The translations under genes were made by a program, and so were the position numbers. 64,000 nucleotides of DNA from an uncultured virus (IMG/VR IMGVR_UViG_3300037400_003073) (lineage: Duplodnaviria > Heunggongvirae > Uroviricota > Caudoviricetes), in IMG/VR virus record IMGVR_UViG_3300037400_003073. One strand, given 5' to 3'. The notes beneath the pieces were generated by a model that did not search any database, was not told the DNA's origin, and saw only the letters and a program-made list of their open reading frames with translations. This document shows positions 17,170 to 27,147 of this stretch, one piece after another (position 1 is the stretch's first letter; each line of letters begins with the position of its first letter).

Positions 17170-19908
17170 CTATGATGCCTTGAATACTTCGGGCCAGTCG
17201 GGTTTAACGATTCCATTTGGGCCCAGTTCGCCCACGTCCTTCATGTCCGCCCAGGTAGCGCCGACCGGTGACATTTCCGCCTCGATCACGAGCGGGACGC
17301 AAATCCAGGGGAACGCACGCGAGACGCGCTCCACGCCGTTCTGATATACGATGGCGGCGACCTGGTTTTCTTCACCTTCGCGGACAAGGGCAATAATGGC
17401 GTCGTGAATCTGTCCAATTATGCAGGACTGCATCCCCCGTTCCTTAGCCAGCTCGTTTATGCGCTGGACATCCCACGAGAGAGCTCGGAGCAGAATGTGG
17501 AATGCCGACCCCTGGATGCACCGGTTGGTCGCTTCGGTGTAGCCCATAGGACCACGGCACCGGAACCCCGTGTAGCTTTCGACGTACCCGAACGTTTGGT
17601 ACCGGTCCCATTCCTTTTTGCGCCATTGGTTATACACTTTAAAGCGTTGGTTCCAAAAGATGTCGTCGGCCTTTTCGACGTGGGCCTCCCATTTCTTGAA
17701 GGTATTGATGCCGCAATCTTTCGCCAGGTGTTCCTTCGTGTATGGCGGCATGTTCGCCCACATGCGGGTGGCGCATGACTTGTAGTTCGCACCATAGAAC
17801 GAGGCGAACACGTACCCGGACTTGATGGAGGAGCGTTCTTCCTTCGTCAGTATATCGGGGGTCCTTATGTACATATCGCAGGCCGTGTCGCGGTGCATGT
17901 CCGATTCCGGGTTCTGTAGGTAGTGTATCATTTGCGGGTCGTGGTGATAGCTCGCGGACACCATGACTTCCAGGCTCTTGTAGTCCATTTCCATGTAGCG
18001 GAACCCCGGCGGCGCGACGAACAGGTTCCGCAACATTTTTTTAACTTGCTTGTCACGCTTCGGGATGTTTTGAAAGTTCGGGCTGTCAGCGCTCGATCTG
18101 TAGGTACGCGGTCCCGCCTGGCTCTTTTCTCCAGTCGTGGTGCCGCTCTCGGAACCCGTCGAGAGGTTGAAGAAAGTACGGATGAGGTGGCAGCCCTTTT
18201 CCTCGTCCCAAACGGCCTCGCGCTGGTAGGATTCCAGGAACGTGTCGCGGATTTTCGCCCAGTGTCTCATTTCGAGCACATCCCGACACAACTGGGTCCC
18301 CAGTTTGGTGAGCGTGTCTTCCTTCACGTCTTGGGATTCCGCGGGCGGTTTCAGCTTGCACACGTCATAAAGAACCTCGCAGAGCTGCTTGTTTGAATTT
18401 GGATTGAAGTCCTCACCGGGGTGTTTCTGTTGCCATTTCTTGACATCGGGGGATGCCATTATCTTTGCGACCGCGGCGCCGAGCTTGACCCGCAGTTCTT
18501 CCTTGAGTTGCCTGGCCTTCTCAAGATCAATCGGGAGTCCTTCGGACTGGACGCGGGCCAGCGTATCCATACCTTCCATAAAGAACCGGAAGGCGCCCTC
18601 CATGCCAGAAAGTTGCCGCACCTGGGCGTCACGAATAAATAGCGTATAGAGTGAATCCTCCGAGCAATAATAGACCACATCGCCGCGCGGGATTCCCTCC
18701 CCGGAGTGTAAAAGGTTAAATGCGTTGCACCCGTACTTTTCCGCCTCTCCCTGGACCAGGGTGCGGATGTACTTGTCCGCCTTCGTGTCGTACCCCAGGA
18801 CCCCGAGTTCGCAATACGTGTGGAGCTTGAGCCCCACCTTTTGGTTGTTGTCGATAACATGGGCCGCCAGGCAAGTGTCCCAGCTCCAGTTGGTAGGCCA
18901 GTCGGTTCTCCCGTTCCCGATACCTCCGCGGAACCTGGTCCAGCACGCTTCGAAACTGGCATTGTGCGCCACGATCCCGATGCGGGGATGGTGTGTCAGT
19001 TCGTGCCATGCCTTCACAAGCCGTGGGTGGTTTCCGTCCCAAAGGAACCCGAACGCGTGATACTTGCCGTCCATGCGGTAAGCGACGGACGCAGCGTATA
19101 TGCGGTGCCCTTCTCTGTGAGGCTTGAGCCCGGTTGTCTCGTAGTCGATAGCCACGTCGACGACGCCGTCGGGGGCTGCCCCGAGAGCATTTACGGCGGC
19201 CCAGTACATGACGTCCTCGATCCATTCGGCGGCAACGTCGGGGTCTTCCGTCACCCGTATATCGTCGGGTATTTCGGGAAGCGGCTTGTCCTTCAATGCC
19301 CAGGCGTTGCGGACGTGCTGGGCTAGATACATGGCGGGGCAACTGTCCCGGCGTTGCCACGATATAAACTCGGGAGAATACGTCGGGCAAATCCAGGCGT
19401 TGTACTTCCGGTCGGGGATGCGTTTTCCGAAAAGGTCGCTCGGTTGGGTGTTCTTGATTCTACCCGCAAGCCGGTCCCAAATAAGGGCCTTCGTAGGTAT
19501 TACCCCCATTGGTATGATAACACGGGGCTGCAGCTCCCGGATTAGGCGGTCCAGGCGTTCGGAACAGCACGCGGGGTTTTTCGGTTCCTTACCTTCGGGA
19601 ACCGGGCACGGAAGGGCGTACCCTACCCAGGCATGGTCGAGGATACGCTTCGGTACGCCGCGGCACCCGGCCTGGTCGAACAGCACGTCGTAGAGTTCCA
19701 GCGAAAATACGTGGGCGGCGTCGTTCCCCTCGCCCCGTCTCGGGTAGTCGGAGAGGATCAAGACACGGTCCGCCCCCTTGCCCGCGAACCCCGACAACTT
19801 GCCGCTGCCGTCAAGTCCACAGGCCTTGCAACCTGTTGGCGGCGCCGCCCGTTTTGTTCGCGTCTTGTTGGCAAGCAGCATTTCCTGGCTAATATCGAAA
19901 AACCCCAT
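17170..19908 (-). CDS. polA: Family A DNA polymerase with N-terminal UDG-like domain and 3'-5' exonuclease
   Basis: IDYETTG, AHNASFE, PNFQNIP, MDYKSLE, RSSIKSGYVFASFYG, QIHDA; N-terminal CxxC...LQPRVIIPMG...PTYSP. Confidence 0.92.
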   Translation of the reverse strand: MGFFDISQEMLLANKTRTKRAAPPTGCKACGLDGSGKLSGFAGKGADRVLILSDYPRRGEGNDAAHVFSLELYDVLFDQAGCRGVPKRILDHAWVGYALPCPVPEGKEPKNPACCSERLDRLIRELQPRVIIPMGVIPTKALIWDRLAGRIKNTQPSDLFGKRIPDRKYNAWICPTYSPEFISWQRRDSCPAMYLAQHVRNAWALKDKPLPEIPDDIRVTEDPDVAAEWIEDVMYWAAVNALGAAPDGVVDVAIDYETTGLKPHREGHRIYAASVAYRMDGKYHAFGFLWDGNHPRLVKAWHELTHHPRIGIVAHNASFEACWTRFRGGIGNGRTDWPTNWSWDTCLAAHVIDNNQKVGLKLHTYCELGVLGYDTKADKYIRTLVQGEAEKYGCNAFNLLHSGEGIPRGDVVYYCSEDSLYTLFIRDAQVRQLSGMEGAFRFFMEGMDTLARVQSEGLPIDLEKARQLKEELRVKLGAAVAKIMASPDVKKWQQKHPGEDFNPNSNKQLCEVLYDVCKLKPPAESQDVKEDTLTKLGTQLCRDVLEMRHWAKIRDTFLESYQREAVWDEEKGCHLIRTFFNLSTGSESGTTTGEKSQAGPRTYRSSADSPNFQNIPKRDKQVKKMLRNLFVAPPGFRYMEMDYKSLEVMVSASYHHDPQMIHYLQNPESDMHRDTACDMYIRTPDILTKEERSSIKSGYVFASFYGANYKSCATRMWANMPPYTKEHLAKDCGINTFKKWEAHVEKADDIFWNQRFKVYNQWRKKEWDRYQTFGYVESYTGFRCRGPMGYTEATNRCIQGSAFHILLRALSWDVQRINELAKERGMQSCIIGQIHDAIIALVREGEENQVAAIVYQNGVERVSRAFPWICVPLVIEAEMSPVGATWADMKDVGELGPNGIVKPDWPEVFKAS

Positions 19909-19964
19909 TTAAAACCCCGCGATAAATATTGGCCGGGAACACATCCCGGCCCATGTGTTTTCGT

Positions 19965-21062
19965 TTATCTGTTTGCCTTTGGCACGTGAAGGCTTACCAT
20001 GTGGATGTATTCGCCCGCCTTGAAGACAAGGGAATCGGAGCGTGCACCCGGTACAAGCGAGAAGTCGACCGACTTGTTGACCGCGTCTTCCAAGAATTCC
20101 ACGTTGACCCATACGCTTACGTTGTTCGGGTCGTTGCTTGGTTTCGTGTCCCACGGGATTTCTTCGGTGGCTTCGCTCCCGTCCTTTTCGGCATGGAGAA
20201 CCAGCGCGTCGTTTGTAAACGTCATTTCAATGAGAGCTGCGTTGTTGCCGTCAAGACCGGACGCAAGAACCGCCACGCGGGCCACCGCTTCCTTGATGTC
20301 CGCAGGGAGCTTGCCTGTAAGCAACGGCGCCGTTGAAAGTGCACGGTCCACCGACTCGATAATTTTAGTAAACGGATAAACGCTGTGGTCCTTGCGCTGT
20401 GCGCTAAAAATAGTGCCGTCGGGGTAATGCAGGTGGAACCACGGACCGACAACCGCATAGCCGTCGGGGTCGCCGCACTTGAGGGCGTCTTGGATAACAG
20501 AATCGTCGAGCAGGAAACGTTCCACGGGTTCGGACAACTTCGTGAAGCTGATGCGCTTGGAATCCGACGAAATCACGGCGGCGGCATCCTGGTATTCGAC
20601 CGTAGCGACGCCCCGGATGGTGACGATGTTGCTCGGGATGCACGACACACGGAGAGCCGTCATGAACTTGTCCGGGACCTGCTTGAACTCTACGGAACTG
20701 TTGCCGACCGTCGCTACGTAGGCCTTGATCTTCGAAGGGTCGAGAAGCGGGAGCGTTGCGCGTGTTCTTCCGTTCTTTACCTTGATTTTGTTGTTTGCAA
20801 TTTCGAAAGATACCTGGTCGCCATTCATACGCGAGACCAGTTTAAAGAACTCCTGGCCCTTGACGGAAAATTCCTGACCCTGGGTATCGCATGGGGCGGT
20901 TACGGACACCACCCCGTTGCAGGAGTGGACGTTCGCGCCGTCGAAAAGTAGCTGCTCGGCACCGTTGTTGCTGCTTATCCCGTTAAGTTGTACGCCCTTT
21001 TCAACGCCGGGTATTACTTTCTTGATAGCTGCGAGAAGCGTCTCGCGTTCAATCGTTATCAT
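19965..21062 (-). CDS. dnaN: DNA polymerase III beta-clamp-like protein
   Basis: 365 aa; MITIERETLLAAI start, SSDSKRI, YP, three-domain pattern; next to polA. Confidence 0.7.
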   Translation of the reverse strand: MITIERETLLAAIKKVIPGVEKGVQLNGISSNNGAEQLLFDGANVHSCNGVVSVTAPCDTQGQEFSVKGQEFFKLVSRMNGDQVSFEIANNKIKVKNGRTRATLPLLDPSKIKAYVATVGNSSVEFKQVPDKFMTALRVSCIPSNIVTIRGVATVEYQDAAAVISSDSKRISFTKLSEPVERFLLDDSVIQDALKCGDPDGYAVVGPWFHLHYPDGTIFSAQRKDHSVYPFTKIIESVDRALSTAPLLTGKLPADIKEAVARVAVLASGLDGNNAALIEMTFTNDALVLHAEKDGSEATEEIPWDTKPSNDPNNVSVWVNVEFLEDAVNKSVDFSLVPGARSDSLVFKAGEYIHMVSLHVPKANR

Positions 21063-21964
21063 TTAGACAACTCCTTTATTGCGGCGGCGCGGTTCGCGTT
21101 CGCCTGGTTTGTTAGGTTCTGTTGGATTTCCTGTTCACGTTCGGACAAGCTGATTGTTTCGCAATAGGTGTCCCCGCTTTCAAGTACATGGGCAATGCAC
21201 CGGTCGTTCGATAGCTTGTCCGCGTCTTCCTTTTCTTTCTTGAAGCGCTCCACGGCACTGTCCGCAAGGATTAGCCCGTTCCCGAAAATATCCTGGCCGC
21301 AGTCCATCTTGCGTATGTATGCGCATTCGTCCTTGTAGATGTGGAACTCATGACCCTCGGGGAAATCACCACGGGCCAGGGTCCCGGTGCGTGCCATGTT
21401 TAGGATGGACGGGGGCCATTCCAGCTTTCGGACAACGCGGGACGGTTTCGCCCCGGTGTTCGCGTCGTCGATGGCATGGTACAGGTCGGTCGAGCAAATC
21501 AAGCGGGCGTCGCTAGGAAGGTTGGTGCAGAAACACGTAGCCACCTTTGCGCCGTTCGTGTAGGTGATCTGTTTACCCGCGACGATATAGGTCACGTCGG
21601 CCCCTATAACAAGGCCCGACAAGTACGGTCCGAAAATAAAGAACCGGACGCCCTTCGACAAGTACCAGCGCACAATATGCGCATAGAGGGAGAACGGCGG
21701 ATTGTCGAGCACCAGGCACCCTTCGGGGTATTCCTCGTTCTCGAAGTTCCTGCCGGGATAGAACGGGCGTATAATTTGTGTGTCCTGGGGCAAGTCCCAG
21801 CGCTTGAACACCCAATCCTTGATAGCCTTATAGACCGGCTCCGGCGTATAGCAGTCGTCGGTCGTCTTTTTCGGTTCGAACTTTTCTTCGAACTTCTTGT
21901 ACTCTGTAAACTTGTTTAATTTGTGGTAGGGTACGTTCGGTACGTCAAAGAACCCATCGGCCAT
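21059..21964 (-). CDS. Putative N6-adenine DNA methyltransferase
   Basis: DDCYTP and VLDNPPFS motifs. Confidence 0.65.
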   Translation of the reverse strand: MADGFFDVPNVPYHKLNKFTEYKKFEEKFEPKKTTDDCYTPEPVYKAIKDWVFKRWDLPQDTQIIRPFYPGRNFENEEYPEGCLVLDNPPFSLYAHIVRWYLSKGVRFFIFGPYLSGLVIGADVTYIVAGKQITYTNGAKVATCFCTNLPSDARLICSTDLYHAIDDANTGAKPSRVVRKLEWPPSILNMARTGTLARGDFPEGHEFHIYKDECAYIRKMDCGQDIFGNGLILADSAVERFKKEKEDADKLSNDRCIAHVLESGDTYCETISLSEREQEIQQNLTNQANANRAAAIKELSK

Positions 21965-22002
21965 TCGTGTTACCTCCAGCGGTTAAATATAGGGAATACC
22001 GG

Positions 22003-23454
22003 TCATCGGCGGGTGCGACGCCTCCCGGTGTATTTCGGTTGGTTTTCTTCGGCGGAATACGAGACCTCGCCCATATCGACACAGGATAGGCGTGCACATT
22101 CCAGGTAGGGGCGCCCGATCGCCAGGCAGTTCGTACACACCACCTCGTCAAATATAACACCGCCGTCGCGGGTAGTAGAGCACGAGATTCGGTATATGCC
22201 CCGCGCCTTTTCCTGTTCGGTTTGGTTGATCGCGACCAGTTTCGTCACGTGCGCGACTTTGCGGCGGTCTTCGGACACGTTCTTGGCGGATGCGTCCTTT
22301 TCGCCGTCCATCGTCTCGGTACCTGTATGCGACGCCGTGACGACCAGGCATCCCAGTTCAAGGCCCAGGCCTCTCAATGCTTGCCAGGTCATGTTTATCT
22401 GATGGCGGACCTCCACGCGGGAGTTCCCGTGGTCCATGATGTCCGCGGAATCTACAACCACGACGTCCGGAACAAAATTCTCGTATGTGCCCATTGTCGT
22501 GATTTCGGAGCGCAAGCCGCGGACGGACAAGGTGCCGGTAGGGAATGCCCGGAGCTCAAGGCGACCATGCCTTGACACACGGCGAACGCTCTCCTGGATA
22601 GCTTCGATGCCCTCGAAGGAAGTTTCCACCCGTTCTGTCTTTACTTCGCGGTCAAGGATAGACCAACGGCCCTCCCCGGTTTCCTCAAGTACAGGCCACG
22701 GAGCGCTTTCCCCGTAACGGGAGCACCCGTTTATCATTTGCCAAAAACGGCGCACCATCTGTTTCTTCGTCATTTCGAGAGACACGAAAAGCACGCGCTT
22801 TCCCTTGAGTGCGGCGGCAAACGCGGTGGCCATGAGCCACCAGGTCTTGCCGCGTTTCGGAGGCGCTATGTAAGCTATAAAGTCGTCCGTGGTGAACGGG
22901 CCCAATACGTGCCCCAGTTCTCCGGGGAATTGGAATTCGATCTCCTCCGTGTCGTCGAAGGCTTGCGCGATTTGTCTTGCGTCGCTAAAGATGGATACGG
23001 ACTCCTTGACCCGGACGTTCGGGCGCTGGAACTCCGCGACGGCAAGGAACCCCGCGGACGTGTCATGGTTGGAGAGAGCCCGACCTATGCGTTCATGGAG
23101 CATGGCCAGCGCCCGTTCCTGGAAATATTCGACCGCCATGTCTTCCGCCTGCTTGTCATTCGTCGGGAGCCATTCATCCGAACAGGTCTCGAGAAACACC
23201 GCGACAAGTTCCGCGTCGGATTCCCGCAGCTCGCGTTTACGGCGCATGTAAATATCCTTTATCGCTTTTCCCGGGGCGTCGCCGGTCCGGTCGAAAAATT
23301 CCCACACCCAGGTAGCGACGGCGCGGCTCATGGTGCTTTCGAACATGGCGGGGTCCCCCACTGTCCGTATCTTGGATAGCAGCGGGGTGGACATTATAAG
23401 GTTTGAGAGCACGCGGCGCTCGATGGACAAGTCTATTTTTTCACGTGTAATCAT
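22003..23454 (-). CDS. DnaB-like replicative helicase
   Basis: APPKRGKT, VSLEM, VVVDSAD, VTASH. Confidence 0.85.
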   Translation of the reverse strand: MITREKIDLSIERRVLSNLIMSTPLLSKIRTVGDPAMFESTMSRAVATWVWEFFDRTGDAPGKAIKDIYMRRKRELRESDAELVAVFLETCSDEWLPTNDKQAEDMAVEYFQERALAMLHERIGRALSNHDTSAGFLAVAEFQRPNVRVKESVSIFSDARQIAQAFDDTEEIEFQFPGELGHVLGPFTTDDFIAYIAPPKRGKTWWLMATAFAAALKGKRVLFVSLEMTKKQMVRRFWQMINGCSRYGESAPWPVLEETGEGRWSILDREVKTERVETSFEGIEAIQESVRRVSRHGRLELRAFPTGTLSVRGLRSEITTMGTYENFVPDVVVVDSADIMDHGNSRVEVRHQINMTWQALRGLGLELGCLVVTASHTGTETMDGEKDASAKNVSEDRRKVAHVTKLVAINQTEQEKARGIYRISCSTTRDGGVIFDEVVCTNCLAIGRPYLECARLSCVDMGEVSYSAEENQPKYTGRRRTRR

Positions 23455-25628
23455 TTAAAATCCCTTGTATGAATGACGACACCGCGACGTTCGAGAAGTT
23501 CGCTCAACAGGTCCACGTCGGCGGCTTCCTTGCCGTCAAGGACTCCGTCGAGCATCTTTGCGCGGTCGTCCAGCACTTCCACGGCGTCCATATCCACGGT
23601 ACCCGGCGCCACCAGGTAATACGAGGTCACCGAGCTCTTTTGCCCGGACCGGTGCAAACGATCCTCCGCCTGTCGGTGTGCGTTCGGAGTGTGCGAAAAT
23701 TCAGCGAACGCCACATCGGAACAGACATCCTGGAACCCGTCGATGCCGACTCCGCCGGACTGGATGTTCGCCACCATTACGCGGCAGTCCACGTCTTCGA
23801 TAAACCGCCTGCGGGCATCCTCGCGTTCCGCCTGGTTCATTCCACCGTATATTTTCGCGGGATGGAAATCCCGGAGCGTCGAGAAAAGCAAATCGACCAC
23901 ATCGCGATGCCATGCAAAAAGGAGCAGCTTTCGACCGGAGTCCAGGAAGTCACGGACCCACTGGAGCAGGTTCTTTTCCTTGAGGGCATAGGCGGTACGC
24001 AAGAGACCCGCGACACGTTCCCGCATTTCCTTTTCGCTAGTGCCGTCCTGGGTGAAGGCGACGGCTTCCGCCATCTTGTAGTCCTGGAACGCCTTCGCGT
24101 CAACTTCGAGGGGGACGACCTCCATGACCTTGCGCGGGAGGTCCGTCATGACTTCGGCCTTTGTTCGTCGCAACATGCACCCGACAAACAGGGCGTGGAG
24201 TTCCTTCACGTTCGAGGCTCCGTTGAAAGTGAGCGAGAACCCGTTGTGCTTCGGTGCGCAATACCGGTACAGGTAGGAACGCTGGCTCTTGAATCTCTCG
24301 GGGTCCATTATGTTTAGAAGCGGCCAAAACTGGGCGGGCTTGCTCATGGCGGGCGTTCCGCTCATGCCTATCACGTCGGGAATTTTACGGGCCAGGCGCA
24401 TGAAGGCCCGGGAACGTTGCGAGCTAGGGTTTCCGATGGCTTGAACCTCGTCGCCTATTAGCAGCTTGAAGCCCAGGCCGGTCAATTCTTCCTCCCAGTC
24501 GCTCAAGATGTCCCAGTTGATAATGTAGGACACACCGGGCTCGAGCATGTAGGGCGTCTTGCCCTGGAGCACGGCGACGCGTGGCTTGTAGCCAGGGACG
24601 GACCCGACCCAGCGGTAATACGCGGACTGCCATTGGAGCTTTGTCGGGGCGTTCACGACGATAAGGGCGGGGAACCTGTTCGCGTAAACGAGCCACGACA
24701 AGGCCTCGACCGTCTTTCCGCAATTATGGACGACGACCCCGTCCGCCAGGAAGTTCGCATGGTTCAGCACCTTTACGTCGTAGGTGTGGCGTGTGCCTAC
24801 CCGTTCAATAGATACAGGGCGTACCGCCTTGGGTGTGTTCGTGGAGTTAATATTGCATACTACAGCACTGCCGCCTAAACGTTCCGCCGGAACCCAACCA
24901 CAGGATTCTGTGAGAACCTGGTGGTCGGGGGTGCATACCAACGTGCGCCCATCCTCGAACGTGACGCGGACGCATTCCCGTTCCCCGCTGTCGATCACGT
25001 CCACGACCTCCCCGAGCCTAAATACGCCGTCCTGGTGGATGCAGCGTATGAACCACGGGCGTTCTTGCAAGGTGTAAAGTTTGCGCGGGTCGTCGCTGTG
25101 GAACTTGCGGAAGAACGCCGCTAGGGTCATTCTCTTGGCGGCGCCGTGCCGGTTTACCTGTACCATGGCTTCACCGTCGATGCATCCCATTTCGTCGCCC
25201 AGGGCTACGCGCCCGCGCCGGATCGTCGCGAACTTGAGGAAGTCCAACTGGTACGAACGCAGGCCCGGTATCATGGGGGCGGTAGGGTCGAGCTGAACCG
25301 CGGCGATGCGCTTTCGCTGTTCTTCAACGGGGTCCACTTCGGGTACTTTTTCCGCCGAGGGCGGTTGGGCTTCGTACTTCCTGGGAGCAGGGAACCCCGC
25401 AACCTGGAGCCATTCGAGCATTTCAGCGCTCGCGGGGACCTCCCAGCGCTTGGTTGCCGCGTTGTACTTGCGGCGGGGCAGATTTCGGACCGCAGTGAGA
25501 ACTTTCTGCCAGTCCGCGCTCTCGTGTGCCACCCAGGCTATCGAAATCGTCTTGCCGCTTTCTTTGTATTCCGCGGAATACCGGACGCCAGGGACGGGCG
25601 AAAATGGTTGTAATTTTTGCGTAAACAT
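23451..25628 (-). CDS. SNF2/HARP-like helicase containing an intein
   Basis: LRSYQ, DEMG|CGKT, DEVQ, SGTP, LRRTK, QAEDRLHRSGQ. Confidence 0.9.
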   Translation of the reverse strand: MFTQKLQPFSPVPGVRYSAEYKESGKTISIAWVAHESADWQKVLTAVRNLPRRKYNAATKRWEVPASAEMLEWLQVAGFPAPRKYEAQPPSAEKVPEVDPVEEQRKRIAAVQLDPTAPMIPGLRSYQLDFLKFATIRRGRVALGDEMGCIDGEAMVQVNRHGAAKRMTLAAFFRKFHSDDPRKLYTLQERPWFIRCIHQDGVFRLGEVVDVIDSGERECVRVTFEDGRTLVCTPDHQVLTESCGWVPAERLGGSAVVCNINSTNTPKAVRPVSIERVGTRHTYDVKVLNHANFLADGVVVHNCGKTVEALSWLVYANRFPALIVVNAPTKLQWQSAYYRWVGSVPGYKPRVAVLQGKTPYMLEPGVSYIINWDILSDWEEELTGLGFKLLIGDEVQAIGNPSSQRSRAFMRLARKIPDVIGMSGTPAMSKPAQFWPLLNIMDPERFKSQRSYLYRYCAPKHNGFSLTFNGASNVKELHALFVGCMLRRTKAEVMTDLPRKVMEVVPLEVDAKAFQDYKMAEAVAFTQDGTSEKEMRERVAGLLRTAYALKEKNLLQWVRDFLDSGRKLLLFAWHRDVVDLLFSTLRDFHPAKIYGGMNQAEREDARRRFIEDVDCRVMVANIQSGGVGIDGFQDVCSDVAFAEFSHTPNAHRQAEDRLHRSGQKSSVTSYYLVAPGTVDMDAVEVLDDRAKMLDGVLDGKEAADVDLLSELLERRGVVIHTRDFK
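24723..25184 (-). mobile_element. Mini-intein (154 aa) in Walker A of the helicase
   Basis: C1 (CIDGE), block B CTPDH, block F TYDV, terminal VVHN followed by +1 Cys; no LAGLIDADG domain. Confidence 0.92.
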
Positions 25629-26648
25629 TTAGACACTAATCCCGTGGACATTTTTGGCCCAGCGTTTAAAATTGTTCCAGCGCTCCGTATTGGAACGGAC
25701 CCACCGCAATGGGTGCACCTCGAATTTCACGGCGTCCTTCCAGTCGCAAATGAGACGCAACAGGTCCCAGGAATTAGCCAGCCTGGATCGGTTTACCAAA
25801 TCCTGCATTAGTTCACCGCGGTGGTTGTTGTACCACTGGACAACCTGTGCAGCACCGGACCACATTGCGACAAGGGCGTCGCCCATGTAGTCGGTTTTTC
25901 GAACTTCGCGGTCGACAAGTTCGCGAGCCTGTGGTGGCAAAGTTTCCCGGTAGCCCATCCAGGTCATGTGCCAAAAGTACACCTCGATGAACGGCGATGT
26001 TTCGGACCCTTCGCGGGAACCGGAGACCAGGAACTCGAGCAGGGACTTTCGGACCCCGTCCTTGGGCCACCAAAATGTGCCGGTGCCTTCCCATCGGAGC
26101 TGGATGTAGTCGAGCGTTTTGGCGATGGCGTCGAGAACGGGCACCCCCTGGGAGAAACACAAGAATCGCGGCGAAGCTCCGTGGCTATAGAGCCGGGACA
26201 TCCAGGCGGCGTTCCAGTTGTGGAGCGAACCGAAGGTACCGTCGGCCAGTCGGGCTATTTCGCGGCAGGTCTTGTGCCACACCCCGCTGTCGGGTTTGGT
26301 ACGGGTCAAGATGTCCTGGTGGTTGTCTATGATCTCGCGGAGCCGCGTTTGCTGTTCCTGTGTAAGCATTCCCGCAAATTCCGAGAAGGGTTCTATCCCG
26401 AACCCTTCCGTTTGCGTTTTTGGCGCTTCCTGGGCTCGGTTTTTCTTCGGGGGTGTCTTTGCCTTGACCGTCACGTTTTCGGGAGCCACGCGAACGGGAA
26501 ACGCAGCGGCGATGTCGTCCTGTACTTTCTCGCGTATCTCGATACGGTCACGGCTTACGCGTACCGCTTCGAGCGAGGGGTAGTCCTTGCCGAGTTTCTC
26601 GTTTATGTCGTCGATTAGCTGTTGCGGTATCGTGAGGATTCCGACCAT
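25629..26648 (-). CDS. Hypothetical protein
   Basis: Start MVGILT coupled to upstream stop. Confidence 0.6.
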   Translation of the reverse strand: MVGILTIPQQLIDDINEKLGKDYPSLEAVRVSRDRIEIREKVQDDIAAAFPVRVAPENVTVKAKTPPKKNRAQEAPKTQTEGFGIEPFSEFAGMLTQEQQTRLREIIDNHQDILTRTKPDSGVWHKTCREIARLADGTFGSLHNWNAAWMSRLYSHGASPRFLCFSQGVPVLDAIAKTLDYIQLRWEGTGTFWWPKDGVRKSLLEFLVSGSREGSETSPFIEVYFWHMTWMGYRETLPPQARELVDREVRKTDYMGDALVAMWSGAAQVVQWYNNHRGELMQDLVNRSRLANSWDLLRLICDWKDAVKFEVHPLRWVRSNTERWNNFKRWAKNVHGISV

Positions 26649-27031
26649 TACAGATGCCTCCGTTTCCATTTCTCCAGGGTTTCCCGGTCTTCGGATTCCC
26701 GCGTGGGACACACGGAGTCGAAAATCTTGAACCACCCGCGGGTTCCAAGGGTATCCGTGTCTACCATGCTGTCGTTGACCGGCGGGAACGCGTCGCCCCG
26801 GTACGTCGGGTCGAACCACTTCGGGTTCGGCTTCCAGTTCCGATGCTTCATTTCCCGGAGTATGCGGGAGTGATACCAAACAACCACGCCCCAGGGAAGC
26901 CCGTATATCCACGGGTGCTTGCCGTCATAAGGACGCCACGGACCGGATCGGACGCGGCACATGTCGCGATGCAGCGCGCAAAGGAGCCTGCCGGGCAAGT
27001 CTTCCAGGATTTCTGGTCGCCAAAATTTCAT
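26648..27031 (-). CDS. TIGR02328-like (pyrimidine-dimer glycosylase-related) protein
   Basis: MKFWRPEILEDLPGRLLCALHRD...W...H resembles the family's MRLWH..L..LP.QQLLGQHRE pattern. Confidence 0.55.
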   Translation of the reverse strand: MKFWRPEILEDLPGRLLCALHRDMCRVRSGPWRPYDGKHPWIYGLPWGVVVWYHSRILREMKHRNWKPNPKWFDPTYRGDAFPPVNDSMVDTDTLGTRGWFKIFDSVCPTRESEDRETLEKWKRRHL

Positions 27032-27054
27032 TTTTACCTCGTCTGTTCCCCGGA

Positions 27055-27141
27055 TATTTACGCATACGACCGGTACGTTGCCGGAAATAAACAAAATTTT
27101 ACACGCCACGGGCCCCGAAGTACCGGCGGTGTTGCTATATT
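27055..27141. promoter_or_regulatory. Back-to-back ACCGG-N9 promoters (27055-27074 minus; 27122-27141 plus)
   Basis: accggtcgtatgcgtaaata and accggcggtgttgctatatt. Confidence 0.65.
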
Positions 27142-27147
27142 GGGGAA

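Noticed and set aside
16926..17216. 96-aa ORF in the supplied track
   Set aside because: Overlaps the better supported 47-aa gene (17018-17161) and two promoter motifs
26648..26912. N-terminal extension of ORF 25629-26912
   Set aside because: Overlaps the TIGR02328-like gene; the coupled start at 26648 fits better
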